DNA of 25,520 nt from a virus (lineage: Duplodnaviria; Caudoviricetes): positions 1 to 25,520 of the IMG/VR virus record IMGVR_UViG_3300022178_000709. One strand, given 5' to 3'. The notes below the pieces were generated by a model, which worked only from the letters and a program-made list of their open reading frames with translations, did not search any database and was not told the DNA's origin. Shown here piece by piece: positions 1 through 8,301 of the stretch. The position numbers were made by a program, and so were the translations under genes. The first letter of the stretch is position 1. Every line of letters starts with the position of its first letter.

Positions 1-1
1 A

Positions 2-205
2 GTAGAATCAGAAGATTCCCCAACTGACCTTGAACAATCTATCCTTGACAAACTTGGAGAAAATAGTATAGTTTGGGAAAACCTTGGAAATAGTTATAAT
101 GACAAGGTAAATAGAATAACCTATGAGGAGGTTATAGATGATACAAGACCTATACAAAGCAAAAAGGTCCTTGGAGTTGAAGTGGGAACAGGAGCATCTA
201 TCTAA
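2..205 (+). CDS. Hypothetical phage protein, 5' truncated by the window edge (not in ORF track)
   Basis: Frame is open from position 2 to TAA at 203-205: VESEDSPTDLEQSILDKLGENSIVWENLGNSYNDKVNRITYEEVIDDTRPIQSKKVLGVEVGTGASI*. It overlaps the next ORF by 68 nt. Confidence 0.65.
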   Translation, partial: VESEDSPTDLEQSILDKLGENSIVWENLGNSYNDKVNRITYEEVIDDTRPIQSKKVLGVEVGTGASI

Positions 206-347
206 TAATAGATATACTCTTGAAATGGTCAGAATTGATGACAAAGTAAAACAGATCATCACTGACATTAAGCTGGAAGAAGCTAGAATTGCTCACTTAA
301 AGAACAGTATTGAAGGTTCTGCTCCTGAAGTTTCAGTAGCTACTTAA
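138..347 (+). CDS. Small hypothetical protein, probably helical/coiled-coil
   Basis: 69-aa ORF with a strong SD (GAGGAGG) just upstream of ATG 138. Confidence 0.8.
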   Translation: MIQDLYKAKRSLELKWEQEHLSNNRYTLEMVRIDDKVKQIITDIKLEEARIAHLKNSIEGSAPEVSVAT

Positions 348-394
348 TCAAAAGCTACATCGTTGAATAAATTCAATTCGCATTACAGGCTCTC

Positions 395-423
395 TTGCAC
401 TCTACTCAAAACTAGTATATACT
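395..423 (+). promoter_or_regulatory. Sigma70-like promoter for the virion operon
   Basis: TTGCAC (395-400), 17-nt spacer, TATACT (418-423), in an intergenic region upstream of the + strand structural genes. Confidence 0.7.
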
Positions 424-445
424 TTTGTTACTATACAATTAATTA

Positions 446-500
446 GAACATAGACGCGTATAGTCGACGGCCTAGAGACTATGTTCGATAACTAGGAGGA
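446..500 (+). ncRNA. Putative structured cis-regulatory 5' leader RNA
   Basis: Stem GAACATAG (446-453)/CTATGTTC (479-486) encloses a GC-rich interior. CCTAG (471-475) is complementary to CTAGG (492-496), which overlaps the SD AGGAGG. Confidence 0.5.
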
Positions 501-507
501 TATAATT

Positions 508-1062
508 ATGGCATCAACTACGTTTAATGGACCGGTAAGGTCCGAAAAAGGTTTCCAAGTAGCAACTAAAAATGCAACTACGGGAGCAGTAACAACTAGA
601 ATGAGTTCAGGTATGCCTGACTTAACTGGTTTATCAATTTCAGATGTAGCAACAGCTACTAGTATTACACTAGCAGCAGACACTATTTCTGTAATAAATT
701 ACACAGGTGCAGCAGCTGCAACTTGTACGTTGCCAGCAGCAACACAAGGAACAGTTGTAATTTACTGTCAATCAAAAGACACTACAGGTGGAACAGCAAC
801 ATTAGTTTTTGATGCAGCTGGTTCTGATGTTTGGGCAACTGGTTCAGTGATTGAATCAAGAGGTTCAAGTGAAGTAACTTTTGATACTTCAGCAGCAGGT
901 GAAACTAAATTAACTTTTACACCAGCTAACGCAGCAACAAATTTGTTGACTACTGGTGGACAAATTGCTTTCATTTGTTACGAAACAGGTACGTGGCACA
1001 TTGCAACAAAACTAGCAGCTGAGACTACTCAAGTTACTGGTGCGTTTGTATTTGCAGCGTAA
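508..1062 (+). CDS. Putative virion structural protein (capsid decoration/minor capsid-like)
   Basis: 184 aa, Thr/Ala/Gly-rich and beta-rich, N-terminus MASTTFNGPVRS typical of marine phage structural proteins. Strong SD, first gene of the operon, followed by a hairpin. Confidence 0.65.
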   Translation: MASTTFNGPVRSEKGFQVATKNATTGAVTTRMSSGMPDLTGLSISDVATATSITLAADTISVINYTGAAAATCTLPAATQGTVVIYCQSKDTTGGTATLVFDAAGSDVWATGSVIESRGSSEVTFDTSAAGETKLTFTPANAATNLLTTGGQIAFICYETGTWHIATKLAAETTQVTGAFVFAA

Positions 1063-1077
1063 TAAATAAATTAACTC

Positions 1078-1105
1078 GGGGCGCCTGGTAATGCAGGCGT
1101 CCTTT
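1078..1105 (+). terminator. GC-rich hairpin, weak intrinsic terminator/attenuator
   Basis: GGGCGCCTG-GTAATG-CAGGCGTCC stem-loop (1079-1102, one G-U pair) followed by only TTT. Confidence 0.55.
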
Positions 1106-1121
1106 AAAAGGAGGACAAAAC

Positions 1122-1529
1122 ATGGCAGACACAGTATTAAATACAACTGTATTTGACGGAGCAAAAAAACTTATTACTCACTACAATGTAGTTTCTGATA
1201 ACTCTGGAAGCACAACTAAAATAGTTGACGTTTCTGAATTAACATCAAACAATGGTAAAACTTGCAAAACTGTAAGACTTAATAAAGTTAGTTGTAACGT
1301 TTCAGTAACTGCACCAGCAGACGCATTACGTATGCAATGGGATGCAACAACAGATGTTGTATTTCAAAGTTTAAATGGTGAAATGGAATATGATTACTCT
1401 GATTTTGGTGGTTTAAAAAACACTAAAGCTAGTGGTTATACTGGAGACGTTAATATAGTATTACCAGCTTGTGCAGCAGGAGATACCGGAACAGTCGTTT
1501 GTGAGTGGATTAAAGTTTACGAAACGTAG
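1122..1529 (+). CDS. Putative virion structural protein
   Basis: 135 aa, SD AGGAGG, beta-rich, located in the structural operon. Confidence 0.65.
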   Translation: MADTVLNTTVFDGAKKLITHYNVVSDNSGSTTKIVDVSELTSNNGKTCKTVRLNKVSCNVSVTAPADALRMQWDATTDVVFQSLNGEMEYDYSDFGGLKNTKASGYTGDVNIVLPACAAGDTGTVVCEWIKVYET

Positions 1530-1537
1530 GAGTTTAA

Positions 1538-2287
1538 ATGGCTAATACTACTTCGGGAACAGCAACGTTCGATAAAACTTTTTCTATTGATGAAATTATA
1601 GAAGAATCTTTTGAACGTATTGGATTAAATTCTGTAGCTGGCTATCAAATGAAGTCAGCCAGAAGATCTCTTAATATCCTATTTCAAGAATGGGGTAATA
1701 GAGGTATTCATTATTGGGAAATAGGTAGTACAAGTTTAGATTTAATTGAAGGACAGGCAGAATATAAATTTTTTAGATCAAGCGGCGATGGTACAAGTGC
1801 CACTTCTAATCCAAATGGTATATATGGAATGTCCGATGTCCTTGAAGCACAATTAAGAGCTAATAGAACACAAACAACTCAATCTGATTCACCTATGACT
1901 AAAGTTGATAGATCAACTTATGCAGGTTTTTCAAATAAACTTTCTAAAGGTACACCTAATCAATATTGGGTTCAAAGATTTATTGATCACGTTAGTATTA
2001 GCGTTTACCCTACACCTGATTCAACAAATGCATCTAAAGATATGCATTTCTATTACATAAAAAGAATTCAAGATGTTGGAGATTATACAAACGCAACAGA
2101 TATTCCATTTAGATTTGTTCCTTGTATGACTTCAGGTCTAGCTTTTTATCTTGCACAAAAATATCAACCACAATTGGTTCAACAAATGAAATTATATTAT
2201 GAAGATGAATTAGCTAGAGCACTTGCAGAAGATGGTTCAGCTTCAAGTACATTTATTACACCAAAAGCTTATTACCCAGGAACTTAA
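1538..2287 (+). CDS. Putative head-tail adaptor / tail tubular protein A-like
   Basis: 249 aa. Helical N-terminus (IDEIIEESFERIG...ARRSLNILFQEWGN), central GTPNQYW...VYPTPD motif and helical C-terminus (GLAFYLA...YEDELARAL), the pattern of podovirus adaptor proteins. Confidence 0.65.
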   Translation: MANTTSGTATFDKTFSIDEIIEESFERIGLNSVAGYQMKSARRSLNILFQEWGNRGIHYWEIGSTSLDLIEGQAEYKFFRSSGDGTSATSNPNGIYGMSDVLEAQLRANRTQTTQSDSPMTKVDRSTYAGFSNKLSKGTPNQYWVQRFIDHVSISVYPTPDSTNASKDMHFYYIKRIQDVGDYTNATDIPFRFVPCMTSGLAFYLAQKYQPQLVQQMKLYYEDELARALAEDGSASSTFITPKAYYPGT

Positions 2288-2907
2288 TGTCTAAGTACGC
2301 AACAGGTAAACATTCTAAAGCAATTTCTGATAGATCAGGTATGGAATTTCCATATAGAGAAATGGTTAGAGAGTGGAATGGTTCTTTTGTGCATTACACA
2401 GAATATGAACCTAAACAACCACAACTTGAACCAAAACCTGTGGGTGGAGATGGTGTTGCTTTATTACAAGTAAGACCAGATAGAACAGAACCTGCTACAA
2501 CTGTAATGATTTCTAATAATGGTTTTGAAACTTATGCTGCAGGGTCCGGAATTATAAATGTATTTTCACCTGGACATGGTTTAACAAACGGAACAACATA
2601 TTTATTTAGAGGTCCACCAACAATTTCACCTGGAACAGGAACAACAACAAATCCTGTTTTTGCTTATGCAACAATTCCTAATTTTGATGGAATTACAGGA
2701 GCGCAAATAGGACAAGGATCAGGTTATGCTATTACAACTGGTAAATATGTTAGTGATACAGGAGATGGAAATCCAGGAAGAAATACAACTGATTATATGA
2801 TATCTAATTTCTTCTTCTTTACAGTTAATTCAGATACTGCTACAACTGGTGGTGTAAAAGGAGGAGGCTACGGTTGTTCCGTTGGGCCTATAACAATACA
2901 AGCATGA
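2287..2907 (+). CDS. Hypothetical virion-associated protein
   Basis: 206 aa, TAATG-coupled to the upstream gene. N-terminal AISDRSG motif and a Gly/Thr-rich C-terminal beta domain. Confidence 0.7.
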   Translation: MSKYATGKHSKAISDRSGMEFPYREMVREWNGSFVHYTEYEPKQPQLEPKPVGGDGVALLQVRPDRTEPATTVMISNNGFETYAAGSGIINVFSPGHGLTNGTTYLFRGPPTISPGTGTTTNPVFAYATIPNFDGITGAQIGQGSGYAITTGKYVSDTGDGNPGRNTTDYMISNFFFFTVNSDTATTGGVKGGGYGCSVGPITIQA

Positions 2908-3044
2908 TAAATAAAATTTGGAACTGGATAAAAAATATTTTTAAATCTGAAAAACAAGATCCTCATCTTACAATGTATGAGGAAGTGGAGGAAACTCCAA
3001 GACAAAAAAAGATACGTTTAAAATATAAAAAGGAATCAGAATAA
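2904..3044 (+). CDS. Small hypothetical protein, 46 aa (not in ORF track)
   Basis: MINKIWNWIKNIFKSEKQDPHLTMYEEVEETPRQKKIRLKYKKESE*. ATGA overlap upstream and TAATG overlap downstream fill the gap exactly. Confidence 0.7.
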   Translation: MINKIWNWIKNIFKSEKQDPHLTMYEEVEETPRQKKIRLKYKKESE

Positions 3045-3751
3045 TGGCTGGTATAAGTTATAGTGATTTAGTTACACAAATAAGAAACTATACAGAAACA
3101 GATTCTAATGTTTTAACTACAGCTATATTAGAAAATATAATTTTAAACTCTCAGTATAGAATAATGAGAGATATTCCAATAGATGCTGACAGACTTCAAC
3201 AATCAGGTAATTTGGTTGTGGGTCAAGAATCAATTAATGCTCCAGCAGGAGCTCTTTTTGTAAGAGGTATCCAAGTATATGATTCTACATCGGCTATAGA
3301 TGGAGCAAATATTTGGTTAGAAAAAAAAGATGTAACTTATTTACAAGAATATGTATCTTCAACTGAGTCCACAAAAAGAGGTAAACCTAAATATTATTCT
3401 ATGTATGGAGGAGCCACAGGTAATACAGATACCACATCAGGAAGAATGTTTCTTGCTCCGGTCCCTGATGCAACATACAAATTTAGAGTACATTATAATA
3501 AAATGCCAGCTACTTTAGAGTCTAGCAACACTTCCAACTATATAAGTTTAAACTTTCCAAATGGTCTATTATATTGTTGTCTTTCAGAGACATATGGTTT
3601 TTTAAAAGGTCCAATAGATATGTTGACACTATATGAAAATAAGTATAAACAAGAGGTACAAAAGTTTGCTAACGAACAAGTTGGTAGAAGACGAAGAGAT
3701 GACTACACAGATGGCGCTATTCGAATACCAGTTAAATCAGCAAACCCATAG
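3044..3751 (+). CDS. Putative head-tail adaptor/connector protein (second adaptor-like gene)
   Basis: 235 aa with YSDLVTQIRNY N-terminus, GKPKYY...LAPVPD and LLYCCLSE motifs. The layout resembles 1538..2287. Confidence 0.65.
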   Translation: MAGISYSDLVTQIRNYTETDSNVLTTAILENIILNSQYRIMRDIPIDADRLQQSGNLVVGQESINAPAGALFVRGIQVYDSTSAIDGANIWLEKKDVTYLQEYVSSTESTKRGKPKYYSMYGGATGNTDTTSGRMFLAPVPDATYKFRVHYNKMPATLESSNTSNYISLNFPNGLLYCCLSETYGFLKGPIDMLTLYENKYKQEVQKFANEQVGRRRRDDYTDGAIRIPVKSANP

Positions 3752-3764
3752 GAGATAAAATATT

Positions 3765-4202
3765 ATGGCAATATCATCGGCAATTTGTAACAGCTTTAAG
3801 CAAGAGATTTTAGTTGGAACACATAACTTCACAGCATCAAGTGGAAACACTTTTAAAATAGCTTTATTTACAAGTGATGCATCTTTAGGTGCTGGCACTA
3901 CAGCTTACGGTACATCAAACGAAATATCTAACACATCTGGATCTGCATACTCTGCAGGTGGAGCAACTCTAACGAGTGTAACTCCAGCTTTATCTGGATC
4001 AACTGCAGTTTGTGATTTTTCAGATGTAAGTTATACTTCTGCTTCTTTTACAGCTAATGGTGCTTTAATTTATAATGATTCACAATCAGACAAAGCAGTA
4101 GCAGTTATTGCTTTCGGTGGTGACAAAACAGTTTCTTCTGGAACTTTTACAATTCAATTTCCAACAGCAGACGCAAGTAACGCAATCATTCGTATAGCGT
4201 AA
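3765..4202 (+). CDS. Putative virion/tail structural protein
   Basis: 145 aa, SD AGGAG, Ser/Ala/Thr-rich, with FKIALFTS...YSAGGATL...ALIYND motifs typical of phage tail-associated proteins. Confidence 0.7.
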   Translation: MAISSAICNSFKQEILVGTHNFTASSGNTFKIALFTSDASLGAGTTAYGTSNEISNTSGSAYSAGGATLTSVTPALSGSTAVCDFSDVSYTSASFTANGALIYNDSQSDKAVAVIAFGGDKTVSSGTFTIQFPTADASNAIIRIA

Positions 4203-4215
4203 GGAGGAAATCCTT

Positions 4216-5268
4216 ATGTCGGAAACATCAATTTGGGGTGGAGATAGCCCCTCAGTTGCATGGAATCAAAACACATGGCAATCTAATACTGTAGTTGTAG
4301 GATTAACAGGTGTAACCGCTACTACATCTTTAGGTAATTCTGAAGAATTTAACGAAACAGGTTGGGGAAGATTAGCTTGGAACGATGCTGATTGGGGTGA
4401 AGGAAGAGATGAAACTATTTCTGTTTCAGGTTTTGAATTAACTTCTTCTACAGGTTCAATTAATACAGAAGTTGCATACCTATTAGAAATGATAGGAAGT
4501 AACCACTCTTTAACTTCTAGTATTGGAAGTGTAGTGGTCGATGCAGAGATTGGAGTTCCTGTTACAGGTGTTCAATCTGAATTTGCAACACCAACAATGT
4601 CTTACACTGGAACATTAGTTGGTTGGGGTAGAGATGAATGGGGAGATAATTCTTGGGGTGAATCTCCAAATCAGGTTCTTACTTTAGTAGGCCGAGATGT
4701 AACTACAAGTGTAGGATCTCTAACACTAGAATTTGCATATGAATTATCTGGTCAAGAAGCAACAACAAGTGTTGGTAGTGTTAGTTTTGTAATTAGTCCA
4801 ACAGTTTCTGTTTCTGGACAAACAGCTACAACAGATGAAGGAATTTTAGGTTTAGCTTTTGGTACAAGCACTGAACCAATAGCAAATGTTTCAGCGACAT
4901 CAAGTTTAGGAACTCCAGGTTTAACTTTTGGTACAAGCACTGAACCAATAACAGGAGTATCATCAACATTTGGTTTAGGAGATATTACAATTACTTCTAT
5001 TGAATTAGTTGATGTAACAGGTGTATCTGCAACATCTGGTGTGGGTTCAATTATTACAGAAGTTGCTTATGAATTATCTGGACAAGCAGTTACTACATCA
5101 GCGGGGTCTATTACACCTCCAGACATAGTACAAGGATTAGTAACAGATGAGCTTACATCTACTGCAGGAATTATTGGAATACAGGCTTATGCAAATATTG
5201 ACACTGGATCAAATACAAGCTATACAAGTGTTGCAACAGGATCAAATACAAGCTATAGTAATGTATAG
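4216..5268 (+). CDS. Acidic repetitive virion protein (fibre/tail-associated)
   Basis: 350 aa, SD AAGGAGG, two GWGR..W...WGE motifs and a ~23-aa periodic (T/S)G..AT(T/S)S(V/L)G repeat. Confidence 0.7.
   Translation: MSETSIWGGDSPSVAWNQNTWQSNTVVVGLTGVTATTSLGNSEEFNETGWGRLAWNDADWGEGRDETISVSGFELTSSTGSINTEVAYLLEMIGSNHSLTSSIGSVVVDAEIGVPVTGVQSEFATPTMSYTGTLVGWGRDEWGDNSWGESPNQVLTLVGRDVTTSVGSLTLEFAYELSGQEATTSVGSVSFVISPTVSVSGQTATTDEGILGLAFGTSTEPIANVSATSSLGTPGLTFGTSTEPITGVSSTFGLGDITITSIELVDVTGVSATSGVGSIITEVAYELSGQAVTTSAGSITPPDIVQGLVTDELTSTAGIIGIQAYANIDTGSNTSYTSVATGSNTSYSNV
4848..4953 (+). repeat. 37-bp near-identical direct repeat, 69-nt period
   Basis: AGGTTTAGCTTTTGGTACAAGCACTGAACCAATAGCA (4848-4884) versus AGGTTTAACTTTTGGTACAAGCACTGAACCAATAACA (4917-4953), 2 mismatches. 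Confidence 0.9.
5206..5257 (+). repeat. 19-bp exact direct repeat, 33-nt period (TGSNTSY x2)
   Basis: GGATCAAATACAAGCTATA at 5206-5224 and 5239-5257. Confidence 0.9.
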
Positions 5269-5286
5269 CATAGGAGATAAAAATTT

Positions 5287-6678
5287 ATGGCATCAACATA
5301 CACACCTCTAGGTATAGAACTTCAAGCAACTGGAGAAAATGCCGGTACGTGGGGTACAAAAACCAATACTAATTTAAGTATCATTGAACAAATTTCAGGT
5401 GGCTATTCTGCACAATCTATAGCAGGTGGTGCACAAACTACAGCTCTTTCAGTTTCTGATGGATCAACCGGAGCAGTCATGTCTCATAGAATGATTGAGT
5501 TTACAGGTTCTATTACTGGAAATCAAATCGTAACAATTCCTTTAGATGTTCAAAACTTTTATTTTTTAAGAAATTCAACATCAGGTGCTTACACAGTACA
5601 ATTTAAATATGCTTCTGGTTCTGGAGATACATTTACTTTTTCTGCTACAGATAAAGGTGATCAACTTGTATTTGCTACAGCAGACGATGGTACTAACCCA
5701 GATATTTATAGTTTAAGTTTTGGTGATGTTACACTTACAGGAACACAAACTTTAACTAATAAAACTTTAACTTCACCTAAAATTGGAACTTCAATTTTAG
5801 ATACGAACGGAAATGAACTTGCACTTTTAACAGCTACAGGTTCAGCAGTTAACGAATTTACAATAGCAAATGCTGCTACAGGAAATGATCCTACACTATC
5901 TGCAACAGGTGGTGATTCAAACATTGACATAGCTATCAAACCAAAAGGAACTGGAGAAACAGTTTTTGGAACAGGTGCCGCAAATGCAACTATAACTTCT
6001 AGCGGAGCACACGATTTAATTTTAGATACTAATTCAGGTACTAACTCAGGTACGATTACAATTACAGACGCAGCTAATGGAGATATAACTATAGCTCCTA
6101 ATGGAACTGGAGTCGCTAAAGCAGTAGATGGTGCTGATGCTACAGGTGCAATTAAAATTGCAGGTAAAGAAACTATATGGATTCCAGCAGCAGCCATGTA
6201 TGCAGCAACAACTAATGGAGCTGACGGAGAACAAGTAGAAACAACAGCTACAAGACCAGATATGAAAGTATTTGATTTTGATGCTAGTACAAAACAATAT
6301 ACACAATTTACAATAGCAATGCCTAAATCATGGAACGAAGGTACTTTAACTTACCAAGTTTATTGGGCACCTAGCACGACTAACACAGGAAATGCTATTT
6401 TTGGTTTGCAAGGTGTTGCATGTGCAGATGGTGATACTATCGATGTTGCATATGGAACAGCAATCGAAGTTACAGATGCTGGTATTGGAACAGTTGAAGA
6501 TCAACAAATTACAGCTGAAAGTAGTGCAATGACAGTTGCGGGATCTCCTGCAGCAGGTGAACAATCTTACTTTCAATTATATAGAGACGCAGCAGACGGT
6601 AGTGATACGTTTACCGGTGAATGTAGAGTTCTAGGTATCAAATTATTCTTTACTACTGATGCTGCTAACGACGCATAA
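5287..6678 (+). CDS. Putative tail fibre protein
   Basis: 463 aa. ATGENAGTWG..TNTNL N-terminal anchor, TQTLTNKTLTSP shaft motif, I.I.P.GTG repeats and a C-terminal beta-sandwich-like domain. Confidence 0.7.
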   Translation: MASTYTPLGIELQATGENAGTWGTKTNTNLSIIEQISGGYSAQSIAGGAQTTALSVSDGSTGAVMSHRMIEFTGSITGNQIVTIPLDVQNFYFLRNSTSGAYTVQFKYASGSGDTFTFSATDKGDQLVFATADDGTNPDIYSLSFGDVTLTGTQTLTNKTLTSPKIGTSILDTNGNELALLTATGSAVNEFTIANAATGNDPTLSATGGDSNIDIAIKPKGTGETVFGTGAANATITSSGAHDLILDTNSGTNSGTITITDAANGDITIAPNGTGVAKAVDGADATGAIKIAGKETIWIPAAAMYAATTNGADGEQVETTATRPDMKVFDFDASTKQYTQFTIAMPKSWNEGTLTYQVYWAPSTTNTGNAIFGLQGVACADGDTIDVAYGTAIEVTDAGIGTVEDQQITAESSAMTVAGSPAAGEQSYFQLYRDAADGSDTFTGECRVLGIKLFFTTDAANDA

Positions 6679-6689
6679 GGATAAAAATT

Positions 6690-7781
6690 ATGAAAGATGT
6701 AGAAAATCCATTTATAATAACTGGAAAAGGTTCTAAAAAAAAACAATCTAGAGGTAAATCTTTTGGTTATCAAGTTTTAGGATTTGGTGCCGGAGGAAAA
6801 CCAGATGCATACATTGCAGCAACTGGTGGAACTGTAACAACAGTAGATACTAATTTTAAAGTACACGTTTTTACTGGTCCAGGAACTTTTTGTGTTTCAG
6901 CTGGAAGCGGAGATTTAGCAAAAGTTGATTACTTGGTTTTAGCCGGTGGCGGCGGTGGAGCCGGTCCAATGTCCGGAGGTGGAGGTGCTGGAGGTTATAG
7001 AGAATCTCATGAAGTGCCTGTATCTGGTCCATGGACTAATAGCCCACTAGCAAAAACATCTTGTGCTTCTTTACCAGTTGAATCACCTGTACCAGTTACA
7101 GTTGGCGCTGGAGGTGCACCTTGGTTTATTAACGCAGTTAATCCACCAACTACATCTCCTCAAGGTTCAGGTACAAATTCAGTTTTTTCAACAATAACTT
7201 CAGCAGGGGGTGGAGGAAACCCTATGTGTGGTGGATCAGGTGGCGGTGGTGGTAGAACTACTACTGCAGGTAGAAGTGGAAATGTACCTCCTACAAGTCC
7301 AGCTCAAGGAACTGATGGCGGTGGAAACGGTGGCGGAAACGCTAATGATAATGGTGCCGGTGGCGGTGGTGGCGCACAAGGTGCAGGAGTGCAAATACCT
7401 TCTAGCGTACCTATTCCTAATATGAAAGGTGGAAATGGTGGAAACGGCACAGCTTCTAGTATTACAGGATCATCTGTTACAAGAGGTGGTGGCGGTGGTG
7501 GCGGAATGAGACAACAAGGAACAATTCAAAATAATGGAAATAAAGGACTTGGTGGTCCAGGTGGTGGAGGAAACTCAGGAACTACTACAGGTCCAGGTTC
7601 TGGAAATGTAGTTTTAGCAACTTCAGGTGGCACTAATCTTGGTGGCGGAGGTGGTTCACCCGTGGGAGCAACTTGTAATCCTCCAGGACCTCATACAGGT
7701 AATCCACAAACAGATAGAGAAAATCAAGGTGGCGCTGGTGGTTCAGGAGTCGTTGTAATAAGATATAGGTTCCAGGAATAA
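6690..7781 (+). CDS. Glycine/proline-rich tail fibre or receptor-binding-like protein
   Basis: 363 aa with ATGG...HVFTGPGTF, YLVLAGGGGG, many poly-Gly runs and a C-terminal GGSGVVVIRY, hallmarks of phage glycine-rich domain proteins. Confidence 0.75.
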   Translation: MKDVENPFIITGKGSKKKQSRGKSFGYQVLGFGAGGKPDAYIAATGGTVTTVDTNFKVHVFTGPGTFCVSAGSGDLAKVDYLVLAGGGGGAGPMSGGGGAGGYRESHEVPVSGPWTNSPLAKTSCASLPVESPVPVTVGAGGAPWFINAVNPPTTSPQGSGTNSVFSTITSAGGGGNPMCGGSGGGGGRTTTAGRSGNVPPTSPAQGTDGGGNGGGNANDNGAGGGGGAQGAGVQIPSSVPIPNMKGGNGGNGTASSITGSSVTRGGGGGGGMRQQGTIQNNGNKGLGGPGGGGNSGTTTGPGSGNVVLATSGGTNLGGGGGSPVGATCNPPGPHTGNPQTDRENQGGAGGSGVVVIRYRFQE

Positions 7782-7783
7782 TT

Positions 7784-8248
7784 ATGGCACACTTTGCAAA
7801 AATATCAGAAGAGAATATAGTTTTAGGTGTACTTACTTTAAATGATTCAGATTGTCAAAATGAAGAAGGCGTAGAAACTGAATCAGTAGGACAAGCATAT
7901 TTAGAAAAAAATAATAACTGGCCTGCACATCTTTGGATTAAAACTTCTTATAACACATATGGAAATAAACATAAATCTGGTGACGACTCAAAAGCATTTA
8001 GAGGAAATTACGCAGGGGTAGGTTTTATTTGGGACCCAAGTAATAATGTTTTTATTCCTCCAAAACCTTATGCATCTTGGACAAGAGTAACTCTTGGATG
8101 GGTACCACCTTTAGAAAAACCAGATTTAACAACAGAACAAGAAAATCAAAATAACGCAAATACACATCACTGGGAATACCAATGGGATGAGTCAGCTTAT
8201 CAAGCTGATAATTCTACAGGTTGGATTGCAGTCGATAATTTAGCATAG
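7784..8248 (+). CDS. Hypothetical protein, putative partner/chaperone of the glycine-rich protein
   Basis: 154 aa with MAHFAKI, W.KTSYN, FRGNYAG.G and F.PPKPYASW motifs. I recognise this family as usually following glycine-rich phage genes. Confidence 0.7.
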   Translation: MAHFAKISEENIVLGVLTLNDSDCQNEEGVETESVGQAYLEKNNNWPAHLWIKTSYNTYGNKHKSGDDSKAFRGNYAGVGFIWDPSNNVFIPPKPYASWTRVTLGWVPPLEKPDLTTEQENQNNANTHHWEYQWDESAYQADNSTGWIAVDNLA

Positions 8249-8276
8249 TTGACTTTTTATTAATATTCTATATATT
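8249..8276 (+). promoter_or_regulatory. Sigma70-like promoter for the oxygenase cassette
   Basis: TTGACT (8249-8254) immediately after the upstream stop codon, 16-nt spacer, TATATT (8271-8276). Confidence 0.55.
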
Positions 8277-8301
8277 AATTAATGTATGGATCAGAAAGAT
8301 T

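Noticed and set aside
5706-6197. 163-aa minus-strand ORF, and similar antisense ORFs at 492-683, 768-974, 4752-4940, 12377-12574, 13755-14018, 18410-19893 and 20540-20767
   Set aside because: These are shadow frames of long + strand genes with biased codon usage. They show no recognisable motifs or supporting expression signals.
7210-7425. 71-aa alternative-frame ORF inside the glycine-rich gene
   Set aside because: Val-rich by-product of GGT/GGC runs, with no sign of codon distortion.
6940-7745. GGTGGC/GGTGGT repeats as a possible CRISPR array, DGR or Chi-like array
   Set aside because: Explained by poly-Gly codons. There is no repeat-spacer periodicity, template/variable repeat pair or reverse transcriptase in the window.
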